A DNA stretch of 64,000 nt from Camelus ferus (Eukaryota). The stretch covers positions 50,098,001-50,162,000 of the forward strand of contig NC_045696.1 of assembly GCF_009834535.1 (NCBI RefSeq). The letters are read 5' to 3'. Under the pieces are notes generated by a model. The model did not search any database and had not been told where the DNA came from. It was given only the letters and a program-made list of their open reading frames with translations. Of this stretch, positions 13,467-25,608 are shown piece after piece. The position numbers were made by a program, and so were the translations under genes. Position 1 is the first letter of the stretch. Each line of letters starts with the position of its first letter.

Positions 13467-14589
13467 ACCGAACTGCACTTCCCCCGATTTAGACAGTATT
13501 TTTAAAAATCTTCCTTTGGATCTTACCTTAAAAGTTTATTTTTTGTATCCAAAAAGTATTATGTAATCTTTGTGACTTCATTATGATTGTGTATTTCATT
13601 CACTTAATTCACTGAGTTCCTTTTTCTGTGAGGAAAATAATCCAAAAGACTGTGGAAAAATCCAATGAGTAATGGTGCTATTGAAGTAAATAAAAGGTAA
13701 TTTCTTCCAGTTAATATTTAATTCTCATATTGACCCAGAATTCTTAAGAGAAATTTCTCAAAACATCTTTTTGTTCATTTACTGAAAGAAGTCCATTAAC
13801 ATTGGATTCAGATTTCCATTGAAATAGGAAAAACAACTTTAATTTAGAAACTGTGATTCAGAGACACAGAATGAATCCCAGAAGTCTCACATAATGAAGA
13901 GTAATAGAGGGCTGAAGAGAAGAGGGTGGATTCTGTTCAGACAAATACTCTATCTCTTCCTCCTGCTCCCACCCTTAACACCCCTATTTTAAGCCCTGCC
14001 AGGCCCTCTCAACTATGCAGCCTCCTGACCCCCTCTTCCATCTTCCCTTTGCTCTCTGTACCGCAGCCCTACTAAGGATAAATGACTCAATAAGGACTGG
14101 GTAAGAAGCCATCTGAAGTGGGAGGCTCTCTTCCCTAAGAGGACATAAGGGAGGTTTAAGAACATGGGCAGGACGAATCTGAATGGAAGACAAGTACAGA
14201 ATCCTGCAGGGCCAGGGCAGAGAAGAGCTCTGGGAGCTAAACACAGGATGGTAATACTGATGCTCAAAGGGACCAGCTCCAACAGAGGCAAAGGTCAGAA
14301 GAGGCTCTGAGGCTAAAGGAATTGATGCTGAAGGAAGCAGCAAAGCTAGCAAGACTAGTAATTTACATTAGAATAATAAGGTATATTAAATACTTATAAG
14401 TTTACATTTTATTTGATATTTTATAATACATATATAAATTTTTACATTTAAAATGTGTTATATATTTAGTTATGTGGGTTTTTTAATAATTGTATGAATT
14501 CCAATCACATTTTTAAATAAAATGCGGGAATTTGAAAATAGTGAAACAACTCCATAAAAACTGGCATTGTAATTTTTCTCCATTATTGT

Positions 14590-14935
14590 GCTCACTTAAT
14601 CAACATGTCTAAAACTAAAGTGGTATTTAACCTCCAAATACTTTCTCTCCATCAGAACCTGCAGTAAAAGGAATTTCCGTTTCTTCCTAGGCATTCAAAC
14701 CCTGGGTGTTACCACTAATGCCACCATCTCACTCAGTCTCCATATCCAACTTGCTACCAAGTCTCAAAAGTTCTACCTGTTAAATATTTCTTGAATACAC
14801 CTCCACCTCCTCTCCATTTTCTGCTGTCTCATCCTCTCTCACTTGAATGACTTCCAGAGACTTTAGATTTGTCTCCCGTCACCCTCTTTTTTCCCTCCAA
14901 TTAACTATCCAAACATCAGCTAGCGATTTTCTTTA
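14590..14935 (+). mobile_element. L2 fragment
   Basis: CAACATGTCTAAAACTAAA..CATATCCAA..ACCAAGTC..TTCTACCT..AAATATTTCTTGAAT. Confidence 0.7.
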
Positions 14936-14974
14936 TATTATTGTTAGACTGGAGTCCTCACATAGGATGTACAT

Positions 14975-15520
14975 TTTTGTTAGTTTGCTGGTCAGTCAGA
15001 CTCTATTCCCTACCCCTCCCTGAAGCATAACCCCAATTATTATGTGCTTTTGAGGAAGGTGATCCCACCCATAATCTAAATAGTCCTAACTGGTAGGCCC
15101 TTATTGGTTTCAGCCAGTCAGTATGCAGCATTTGTCTGGGGCAGGAAATTGGAGAAAAAGAGCGTGGAGGAGAAATTAACTGGATTGTCAGGGAAAAGCA
15201 GCATTCTACTCTTCCAAGAGAGAAGTGGGTGAGATTTCTTTTTTAAAAAAGTCTCTTCCTGATGTGAGCCAGGAAGCACAGAACCTCCAGGAGAACTGGT
15301 AGCTATCATATGCAAAAAATGGAACCACAGTTATGTTGACAGCACTGTAAGACATCTGCAGAAAGCAGAGAGGGGGGCAGGTAATGAATTAGTTCATTTG
15401 GTCCGTATTTGGGTTGCTGGATAAACTCTTGCCTGAAGCTCACATTACTACTAGAATTTTCTATTATGAGAGCCAGTAATTTTTTTTTTTTTTTTATGAC
15501 TTAAGCCCATTTGAATTGCT
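14975..15520 (+). mobile_element. Old MaLR/ERVL LTR (MLT1J/K-like) interrupting an L2
   Basis: 3' part GCCTGAAGC..TGAGAGCCAGTAA(T)n..CTTAAGCCCATTTGAATTG; L2-like sequence resumes after about 15525. Confidence 0.5.
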
Positions 15521-15769
15521 TCCTGGCCTCTCCTGTCCTCTTTAGTCTCACCCTACCCCTCTAAATGGGACTCTCAGGGCCACATGGCCTTCTTTCAGCA
15601 ACTTGACCCCATCTAGGGTTTTTCAAAGAGCTTCCTATGTATTGTTCCTTCTGCTTGAAACATTCTTTACCCCTGTGCCATTATCAACGTATTACCTTGT
15701 CACCTGATCTATGAAAATGGATCTGAGTCCCTTTCAAAACTTTCCTTTCAGCAGCTGACATGACATTAA

Positions 15770-16370
15770 ATCTTACCATTTGTGGGTGCTGGAGAGAGAC
15801 TGGAGGAACAAGGGGTTCTTTCCCCATTCCAGCGCTTCATTTGCCAGGCTCTTGGAGAGCATGGTTGTTGCTTCGGGGCTTGGCCCATGTTTTTCAGCAG
15901 TGCTAGGTGCCTGCTTGCCGCAGCTTTCTCCAGCATTTGGCTGCATGTTTTCTTCAATTCTTGACTACAGCAGTAGCTCAGATAGTGCGGGCCTATGTCC
16001 TAGCTCAGGTCACTGTTCTCTATACCTTCCCTCAACCACATGGGTACCCATGCTGGCCCAGAGCTGCCCTACCCTGAGCTGCACATGGGAGTGTACTGGG
16101 TTCCTGTAGAGGGCATCCTCTCCATACTGTGGTACCTCCAACCCCCACTGTGCACCCCACACTTTCTGCTTGGCTGTCTACCAGTCTGCCTGCCCATCCC
16201 CTGCTCAGAGACTGTGGACCAGCTCTGACCCAGCCAATCCAGAAAACTTCTCCACCCTCCAGGGTGCTGTAACGACATCTCCTTCAACCCCCTCTTTCAA
16301 TGAGAGCTGAACCTTCCTTGGAAGTGTGTCTTTCCTTGGGTATGCTCCCCAGCCCTAAGATATTGTTTAG
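15770..16370. mobile_element. Probable ancient LTR relic, family uncertain
   Basis: GC-richer block containing GGACCAGCTCTGACCCAGCCAATCCAGAAAACTTCTCCACC, which resembles old mammalian LTR families; recognition is weak. Confidence 0.35.
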
Positions 16371-16509
16371 AGCTCTCTTTCCATCCACATTGTTAGTCTT
16401 CTATCTTAGCTTGATCACTTTTATATTAAACTTACCCTGTTTAAATTACCATCTCCTGATGGGACTCAGACAGCACACCTCCTTTCCTATGGCTGCTCAG
16501 ATTCCTGGT

Positions 16510-16770
16510 CTCATTTCCTCCAGCAAACTTTCCCTAACCTCCAGATTAAGTCAGATCCCCATCTTAATTAGCTCTCATTGCATATTGTACTTTTTTTGGT
16601 TTGTTTGTGACACTTGCAGCCATAATTAATGATTGTATGGTTATTTGCTTAATATCTTCATTACTATCCTGGAAGGTCAATGAAGAAAGGGAAAATGTCT
16701 TTCTTGTACTCATAGCATCTAACACGGTGCCTGGTACAACACAGCAGGCTTTCAGAATACTGATTTTTTG
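16510..16770 (+). mobile_element. L2 3' region
   Basis: CATTTCCTCCAGCAAACTTTCCCTAACC..AGCATCTAACACGGTGCCTGGTACA. Confidence 0.7.
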
Positions 16771-17542
16771 AAAGTATGTTATGTACGTATGTGAATTTTG
16801 TTAATTAAGAAACCAAAAATCCCATAGTATCTATGAATGAGATAAACAGAGAGGATGAATTTAGGCAGATGTCACTCCTTTGCTAAGTTCACTCTGGTAG
16901 GGCTAAAAGCATTATAAGTGTTCAATAAAAACTTCATTAACTTATAGCAAAGGAAGCCTATTTCCTCCTACATTTGGACAGCATTCCCTTGTACCACAAC
17001 AGAAAAGTGCTTCAGAAAAGCATTTATATTCTATCAACCTCCTTGGTCTAATGACTGAAGAGGAGCCTTCTTTCCCGTCAGGCTTCTTGGTAGAGTAGAA
17101 CCCAGCCAGAGTACGTGGACCAGGGAAAAGAGAGTTCAGAGTGAGCAAGTTGAAGATGCACAGTTATATTTGATCATCAGCTGACCCCTGAGTATTGCTA
17201 TTCAGCATGTTAACAGTCGTCAAATCAAATAAATCCTGTGACCTCTCAGTCAGGAGAAAGCTCTCTTAAGAGACAGTGCAGTGATGGCTCAATACCAGAG
17301 TCTTGAAGGATCTGTTTTTATGATTTTCATTTTTGGCTCATACTGGAATCCAGTGTTTTCTTTATCTATTCACAGCCTTTTAATATGAATGGTCTTTCCT
17401 GATCAGCAGTTTATGGGCATCTTTCCAAACATCAATTTGATGTTTCCTGAAGAATAACTGCCTCTTTTTGTGAAGCCCCCAAAGGGAGTTTCACATGCAC
17501 GCAAGAGACCAGACTGTGTATCAGGACGTCTATAATGGACAG

Positions 17543-18060
17543 TTGTTGGTTTTTCTCCCCACAGTCAAGACCCTAATCTCGTGGTCACAGGACCCTGATT
17601 TGGTTTGAGGCAGTCATCCTTCCTCATGCTTCTGTCAACACGTGTAGGGTGAAGCTGACTTCACCCCTGGCTCTGGGGATGCCCTTGTGACCAAAATTCA
17701 GACAATACAGTTCTGCGTTACAGTTTAGTCTGGTCATAACTGGAGTCAAGATTCAAGTGGACATAGGATCCAAGTCTGCACAATCCATCTCTGACTTGTA
17801 GTTCTGAGGCTTCACTTTGATCTTCCTGAGACAAGGACTGGAATTTAGAGTTTCAAAGATATATGTTCTGGAGCTGCTACAGACAGAGCCTGGCTGAGGA
17901 CTGATCCAAAATAGAGGTGAGAAGAACCAGAAGACAGACAAAAATAATCCAGATTCTGACAGTTTTATTGTAAGCTTCTCATCAAGGTGCTACAAAGGTG
18001 AGAGTCTAGACTTTTCAGTTATGTGAGCTCATAAATTCAGTTATTAAGTAACCAATTTAC
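17543..18060 (+). mobile_element. Old MaLR LTR (MLT1K/L-like)
   Basis: GAAGCTGACTTCACCCCTGGCTCTGGGGATG..CTAGACTTTTCAGTTATGTGAGCTCATAAATTC. Confidence 0.6.
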
Positions 18061-18447
18061 CATGTTAAGCATACCTTTCAATCTTGGTGAAAACCTGTCC
18101 AGCTGTTTTCAGGTGTAAATTGATGAGCACGAACAGATGAGAGACAGAAAATAAATTTTGCTCACATAGATTGGGACAATTAAATAGTGATCAGGTACTG
18201 AGGTAGGATATGCTTATATCAGTGATTTATTTACTTAAAATAGGTTTTGTAACATTTGAGAGATGGTAAAGATATCAAAATATAGGCTGCCCCTAATGTC
18301 TGCAGACAGGCAAATATAATAGATTGCACATGGATATTACAACACAACAGAGTAATTACGGACACATTTATTTGACCTAAATACCTCTTATGATCTAGTT
18401 AAGGGTTTTAAGACTGATTAATAGACAACACTATTGAATAATACACA

Positions 18448-18807
18448 TGTCTTAGTTATTTTGCAATGCTATAACAAAAATGTCATAAACTGGGTGGTTT
18501 AAACAACATTTATTTCTCACAGTTTCGAAGGCTGGAAGTCCAAGTTCAAGGTACCTGCAGATTCGGTGTCTCGCTTCCTGGTTCATACATGACTGTCTTC
18601 TTGCTGTATCTCCACATGTCTTCATGTGATGGAAGAGGTAAGGGAGCCCTCTGGAGTGTCTTTTATAAGGGTACTAATCCCACTTCATGAGGGCTCCACC
18701 TTCATGACCTAACCACCTTCCAAAGGCCCCACCTCCTTAATACCATCACATTGGGAATTAGGTTTCAACATGAGTTTTGAGGGGACAAAAACATTAAGCC
18801 TATAGCA
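18448..18807 (-). mobile_element. MaLR solo LTR (MLT1A/MLT1A0-like)
   Basis: About 360 bp, TG...CA bounded; TTTATTTCTCACAGTT..GGCTGGAAGTCCAAG..GAGGGCTCCACCTTCATGACCTAA. Confidence 0.88.
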
Positions 18808-18869
18808 TCATGGGTATGTGTTTGCCAAGAAAATACCCACTACATAAAAAATACTGTTTAGGTGATTCA

Positions 18870-19008
18870 AAAAGTAGAAAACAGAAAAGAGAGAGAAATA
18901 GAGAGCTAGATTTAGAGATAGGTAAAGAAAGAGAGAAAGAGGAAGAAAGAAGGTGGGAAGGAAAAAAGGAATGTAGGAAAGAAAGAAAAAAGAATGGAAG
19001 AAAACAAA
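18870..19008. repeat. Purine-rich (GA/GAAA) low-complexity tract
   Basis: Directly visible. Confidence 0.75.
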
Positions 19009-19011
19009 ATT

Positions 19012-19335
19012 TAATTTACTCAACAAATTTTTTCTGAGTACTTATTCTGTACCAGGGATCTGGGAACATGAAGTCAAAAAAACAAAATAAAAAAAAAGCT
19101 ACTGTTTCTATCCTTGAGAAGCTGAGTGTGGTACAGAATACAAACATAAAAACAATAAGACAAAAAATATTTATATATAGTAGGTTAGGTTAGTAAAATG
19201 CAAAAGTATGTACCAGATGTTACAATAACAAAGAAGCATGAGAAATGAATCCTGCCTAGAAAGGACTTCACAGGGGAGGTGACCTTCCAGCTGGATGTTA
19301 ACCATCGAGTAGGAGTTTCTGAGGCAGAGAATGTA
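19012..19335 (-). mobile_element. L2 3' fragment
   Basis: ATTTACTCAACAAATTTTTTCTGAGTACTTATTCTGTACCAGG..GACTTCACAGGGGAGGTGAC. Confidence 0.65.
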
Positions 19336-19919
19336 CCAGTCCATTCACAGCACAGGTCCACAGCTTCAGGGCCCCATGCAGGGCAGATGGCTTCTAACTA
19401 AGCAGAAAACAGACCAAATCTCTCTGGGGAATGAAAGACAACAAGATGTTCCAGAAGGGGTAGACCCAACCAAGTCTTGTCCCTTTTTCAAACTTACAAA
19501 TCAAGTCAAACACATCTCTTTGAGGAAGGGCAGAGGTTAGAAAACTTAAGGCAAAGGTTATTATTTTTTTTTGTTCTCTTTAAACTTTGAGCTCAATACT
19601 TTAGCCTATGGACCACCAGTGGCGTGAAATATCTCTTGGGGAAGAAGATCAGAAATTCATAAGGACAGTTCTGTTCTTATCTTCATGATGTTGCTTTCCC
19701 CAAATACTAACTGCACTTTAAAATGAGGGAAAATAAATAGGTAGTTAAGTTAAATATTATTGAGTCTTTATGGCCATAGTCACTTCTACACAACAGTCCA
19801 AGCATTATCAATGACAAAACTAGTATTTTGTGTTATCTGTCCAAATACATCTCTCTCTCATTTGAATCCAGACTTGGGAGCTGAAACAGGAAGTTGTTTA
19901 TTATCCCCCTAAAATCTCA

Positions 19920-20410
19920 ATAGGAGGATTTTAAATATGAAAATGACATAAGATAGGCTATGTTTTTGAAAAGATAATTCTGGCTGCTGAGTGAAGAATG
20001 TGTCTTAGGCAGTCAAGGTAGGAGGTGGGAAAGTTGGGGAAGTTCTTACCATCACAGGAAGAAATTACAGTGGTTGTGAATAGGGTGATAGTAAAGGATA
20101 TGGTGATGAATGGAGAAGATAAGGATACATTTTTGAGGATGAATTAGCTGATGGGCTGAAGTAACAGGAAGAATAAAAGGAAAATCATAGATGTTTCCTA
20201 GGTTTTGGACATAACTAAACAGATAGGATGTCATTTACTTAAACCAAAAAGAAAGCAGAGGCAGGCTTGAAAGAGGAAGGAGATTAAGAGTTTTGTGCTT
20301 GACATGTTAAGTTTGAGATTTATATCAGGCATTTAAGTAAAGTTTTCAGTTAAAGAGTTAGATCTGTGACGCTGGAGCTTAGATGAGGGCCAGAGATATA
20401 AACTGAAAGA
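19920..20410 (-). mobile_element. L2 fragment
   Basis: AAAGATAATTCTGGCTGCTG..GACATGTTAAGTTTGAGAT. Confidence 0.75.
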
Positions 20411-20936
20411 TATGAAGGGTGTGCCTTTAGAAGACAACTCATAAACTATAAACCTAATTCTTAAAATGTAGGAATAATGTACACATTCCACACTTGAAGT
20501 TATTTCTTGTGAAGCAATACAAATGAAAATATATTTTAGGCATTGTTTCTTTAAAAGAAGTTAGAATTTTTATCTCTCTAAACTTGCCATTCAGGGCATT
20601 TTTTTGACAATATAAGGACACCACAAGGAGCACTTGAGCACTGCAATTGAGGATGAAATTAAAGACAAGAGTACATTGATAATCTTGACGGCAGTAAACA
20701 CATATAAGATGTGGATGGCACGATCTTAATACAGTCAGTGATGCATATCTGTCCCTAGCTCAGAGTCTACACATGTCCCCAGCTCCCCAGCTGAGATAGT
20801 ATCTCTTCATGGGAAAAAAAATTCTTCAAATCTTACACGTGGCTATCACATGAACTGTGCTATCTCTGCCCCAGTTTCTAATTTAGGATTTAAACCTCTA
20901 AAACGAAATGCTGCAGCTACTAAGGGTGAATTCTCT

Positions 20937-21243
20937 AGTTGACCTAAAATGAGTTGACTGCTAGTTATTTTTCCAGCAAAAATGGGTTTATTGGCGATCA
21001 GCAAAGAATTTCAATTTGAGATCTGCATTCATGGCGAGCCACGTGCAAGTCCCTGCACAGAAAGAGAAGAACTCTTATAAAGGGGAAAAGGAAGTTGGGA
21101 AGACTATAGTGAACAAAGAGTCCATGGGTTTTCATTGGTTGAATTATTGCCAGAAAAAAAGAGGAGGTCTCAGGGTGTGAGAGCGCCCCCTTCTGGTATT
21201 CCAACTTTATTTAATTGAGGTTTCTGTTCATTAACTTTTTACA
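20937..21243 (-). mobile_element. Short solo LTR, ERV1-like
   Basis: About 305 bp ending TTACA (TG start on minus). On the minus strand CCAAT (ATTGG ~21136), TATA-like (CTTATAAA ~21074) and AATAAA (TTTATT ~20987) occur in LTR order. Confidence 0.7.
21183..21196 (-). promoter_or_regulatory. Candidate CTCF core motif within the LTR
   Basis: Minus strand CCAGAAGGGGGCGC against the CTCF core CCASNAGRKGGCRS; sequence match only. Confidence 0.4.
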
Positions 21244-22119
21244 GTATTTAAGAAATAAGTAAAAATGACTTGCTGAAATTCGTGCTGTCTAGATGTCTTC
21301 TAATCTCATGAGTCTATGGGTACAAATAAGGTGACATTAATATTGGTAATCCAAATTTTGCCAACTTGTCTCCTAGTGCCTGACTCAGGACTTTGGTCAG
21401 TTTCTGCCTCCTTGTCCCTCCAGTCAAAATATCTTCCAGTTACTTCTTGAAGCATCTCTAGAAAGTTATCAGATGTGCTCAGGAGCACATGTCCTTTGAG
21501 ACTGATATTTGATTCATTTATGGGGGGTACGTCTCCATGACCACTTTTGCAAGTGGTGAGAACAGTGCCTCCCAGTCTTGGGTCCTGTCTCCTGTTGCTC
21601 CCAAAGCTGCAAAGCTTTAGGGTGTTAAATCAACTCCTGCACCCTTCAGTTTCTCCACAATGCCTGAGCTACCCAGGGTTACTTGCAGAAATAGGTATAT
21701 ATTCCAAACATTTCGGACTGGAACTTCCAAAGGTGTAATAATTTCATGGTTCTGGATCTAACTATAGAGACTTCTACATGTCTTGCAGCACAGTGACATT
21801 TTTCTCTGACACTATCATTCTCACGGAGGAATACAGAATAGGGCATTTATGTTTGTGATACAGAAAATCACAAAAGGAACATTCAAGCATAGGTCCAGTC
21901 TCTCATTTTTTCTCTTGTTTTTTTTCTATCTATTTTCTCTTTCTGTCATGACTCAAAGAATGCCGCTTCTCTTTTTGTGGCTCGCACCCAGTTTCCATTA
22001 CCCAGGACTTCATGCCACTCATTATTTCTTCTCCTAGGTTTTACATCAGTCTCTCTACTGGCTTCTTTTCCTCAGCCTCCAGACATGTTTAATTCTGCAT
22101 ATAAAACTATAAATGTCAA

Positions 22120-24940
22120 TGATGTCAGCATCATGGTGCCATAAGATGTCTTCCTCTATGACTTCCGTTTTAACAACCAATTAGGCATCCATCCACAAAC
22201 AAAAGTACCTCTATAGAAGGTGTGGCTCCAACATTATATACCAAGGGTACCAGCAGGAGTTTCCTTCACCTCTGCACTTGGTAATAGGCAGACAGACTTC
22301 AGTACAGTCTGTGAAACTAGCAGGAGACAGCAAATCTGCCCCAACCCTCTTGGCCACAAGTCAGGGAAAATCTGGAGAGTGATGACTTGGCAGAAGGCCA
22401 TGAACAAAAGAGAGTTTGTAGAAGACCAGGCTTCCAACAGAAAATTACAGCATGCCATTGGAGCAAAAGAAAATGATAAGTTTGGATGCACAGGAAAGGA
22501 CAAGACAAACACTGCCAGCACCATCCCTTCCCCAAGGCTACACAGCACAGGGATAAACTAGCTGCTGGTGACTCCCCTGAGAGTGAAAGAGAAAGTGGTG
22601 AGTGAGTGCCTGGCTACCCCTAGCTGTGTGGGACACTGCTGGAGAAACCCAGTTCTCTCCAGTAGTACCCAAAGTAGCTGAGGTGGGACATCCATGATCT
22701 GGGGGTGGGGGGATAGATCAGGAAAGAGGCAGATAAGAATATCAAAGGGCATTAAAGAGATTTAGTTTCTGCTGACTCTTCTCAGGACTTCAGCAGGAAA
22801 TTCGCCTATAAGCCTCTGGAAAAACCTCACCCAAGAATCTCCCACCACAGATCTATGGGCACGCCCAAATGACCCAAGTGCCAAAGTCATACTCCTTCAA
22901 CTCTGCAGTCAGTTCTGCATGCTATTGAGTGTGGCAGCAAGAGTGAACGCCAATAAACAGAATGCTTTCAGGAAACCAGATCAGGATCTGTGACAAGGGA
23001 GAAACCGCAAACTTGAACTGTAGCGCTACCTTCCGGAAAACAAAAGAGAGGTTTTCAGCAGCCATCCTGGTGCGATGTAAGAATCACAGGAAACACAAAT
23101 ACTTAAGAATTCTGCCTCAAAAAAGAAAAAGAAGTGTGGAGCAGGTATATGCATACAAGGTTGGAGAAAACTCCAGCTACACCAGGACCACCAGTACATC
23201 CCACCCAAAAGTAACTAGTAAATATTGGAGGAGGTGTCTGTTATTTCAAATATGAAAGCAGCAAAGGAAAAATCCAAGGAGCGTGAGAAATCTAGGAAAT
23301 CACGTCATCATCAAAAGATAAAAATAATCCTCCAATAACTAAACTCAAAGATACGGAATTTTGCAATCTAGCTAATAAAAAATTCAAAATACCTATTTTG
23401 AGGTAACTCAACAAGCTACAAGAAAATACCAAAAGACAATTCAACAAAATCATGAAAACAATACATGAACAAAATGACAAGTTTAATGAAGAGATAACAG
23501 TCATAAAAATATACCAAGCAGAAATTCCAGAGCTGAAATATTCAATGAATAAAATGACAAATGCAACAGAGAGCATCTATACCAGAGTACACCAAATGGA
23601 AGATAGAAACCATGTTCCAGAGGATAGCAACTTTGAAATAACCCAATCAGAGGAGAACAAATTTTAAAAAATTAAAAAGAACAAAGAAAGTCTATGTGAT
23701 CTACAGGATTCCATCAAACATACAAATATTAGAATAATTAGGATTCCAAAAGGAGGAGAGGAGAAGAAAGGGGCAGAAAACTTATTTAAAGAAATAATAG
23801 CTGAGAACTTTCCAAACCTGTGGAGAGACTAGGGCATCCAAATTCATGAAGTAGATCACCATTTTATCTCAATGCCAAAGACCTTCTAAAAGACACATTA
23901 CAATGAAACTATCAAAAATCAAAGACAAAAAGAGAATCTTAAAAGCAGCCAGAGGAAAAAGGATTGAAATCTACAAAGGAATCCTTATTAGGCTATCAGC
24001 AGATTTCTTAGCAGAAACCCTACAGGCCAAAAGAAAATAAAATGACATATTAAAAGTATAGAAAGAAAAAAAAATGACAGTCAAGAACATTCTATGCAAC
24101 AAAGTTATCATTATGATATTACATGAGAGATAAAGACTTTCACAGACAAACTGAGGAAGCTCCCCACCACTAGACCTGCCTTGTAAGAATGCTGAAAGGA
24201 GTTCAAGGTGAAATGAAAACGTGCTAATTAGTCACACGAAAACATACAAAATTATACAACACACAAGTAAAGGTAAATATACAGTCAGATTTAGAAAACT
24301 CTAATTCTTAGGGTGGTGTGTTAACCACTTAATTACAGTCTAAAGGCTAAAAAAAGAGTAACCTAAGTGTCCAGCAACAGGTAAAATGGATAAAGATGAT
24401 GTATTATATATAATTCACATAATATAATATTCCATTATCCTATATTCCAACATATATTTATTGGAATATTATGCAGCCACGAGAAAGAAGGAAATCCTGC
24501 CATTTACAACAATGTAGATGGACTGTGAAGGCATTATGCTTAGTGAGATGAGCCAGATGAAGTATTTGAAGACAGATACTATATTATATTACCCATATGT
24601 GGAATTTTAAAAGCTGAACTCACAGAAACAGAGTAGAATGGTAGTTATCCGGGGTGAGAGGTACGGGAACTGGGGAGATGTTGTTAAAGGGTACAAATTT
24701 GCAACTAGAAGATGAGTAAGTTCTGGAGATCTAATATACAGCATAATGATTATAGTCAACAATACTGTATTATATACCTAAATTGCTAAGAGACTAGATC
24801 TTAAATATTTTCACCACAAAAAAGAAATAATCATGTGACATGATAGCAGTGTTAACAGAGCTAAGGTGGTAATTGTATCAAATTGATACGTTGTATACTT
24901 CAAACTCACACAGTGTGTAAATTATACCTCAATAAAAACA
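22120..24940 (+). mobile_element. Internally deleted LINE-1: 5'UTR + decayed ORF1 + spacer joined to ORF2 end + L1MA9-like 3'UTR
   Basis: ORF 23452..23667 is an ORF1p coiled-coil remnant. ORF1 motifs continue to about 24230 (ATAATAGCTGAGAACTTTCCAAACCTG; CTATCAGCAGATTTCTTAGCAGAAACC). At about 24358 it jumps to AACCTAAGTGTCC and runs to AATAAA at 24931. Confidence 0.85.
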
Positions 24941-24994
24941 CTATAAGTAATAAATTCATAATAAATAAATGAAAAAAATTAATTCATAAATCAA

Positions 24995-25345
24995 GTGAGT
25001 CTGTTTCAGGTGGACTTTATTGTGTGCCATCAGTCATTTACATTTGGGCCAAGACCACAATGTCTTAATTACTATAATTAATTACATGATATAATTGTAT
25101 CATATTATATAGAAAGTATATAATTAATTATATAAGCTAAGATATAATTAATTAACTACGGTTTTTAACAGATCCCAAGAGCTGTTTGGTTCTAGCTTTT
25201 TTGTTCTTCAAGATTGCCTCCGCTGTTCCTGAGCCTTTAAATTTTCGTATGTATTTTAGATTCAGCTTGTCAATTTCTGCAAAAATCAAACAATTAACTC
25301 TGCCAGTACTTGACTGAGATTGATTTGATAGTTTAAATTAGGATA
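24995..25345 (-). mobile_element. Old L1 ORF2 fragment with an AT-rich insert
   Basis: ACCACAATGTCTTAATTACTATA..TTGTTCTTCAAGATTG..TTTTAGATTCAGCTTGTCAATTTCTGCAAAAA. Confidence 0.7.
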
Positions 25346-25419
25346 CATGACAAAATATTTTGTAATTATTAAAATTACAGATAGAAAAAATTCACAAAAA
25401 TTCAAGAAAAATTGTTACA

Positions 25420-25608
25420 ATATTAATAGCAACTCATATTGTGCTAACATCTTGCATGAATTATTTAATCAAATTGTCATGATAACTATATCAGATCTAT
25501 GTAATTATCCTTACTGTCTGATACTTTATGACATGAGATTTCATAGATACGATTTAAATTATGCATGGTTACACAGTGAGTGTCAAAGTTAAAAAATACA
25601 TTCAAGTC
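25420..25608 (-). mobile_element. MIR-like fragment, highly degenerate
   Basis: AATAGCAAC..CATGAATTATTTAATC..CATGGTTACACAGTGAGTGTCAAAG. Confidence 0.45.

Noticed and set aside
19612..19626. CTCF-like CCACCAGTGGCG
   Set aside because: One base short of the core spacing
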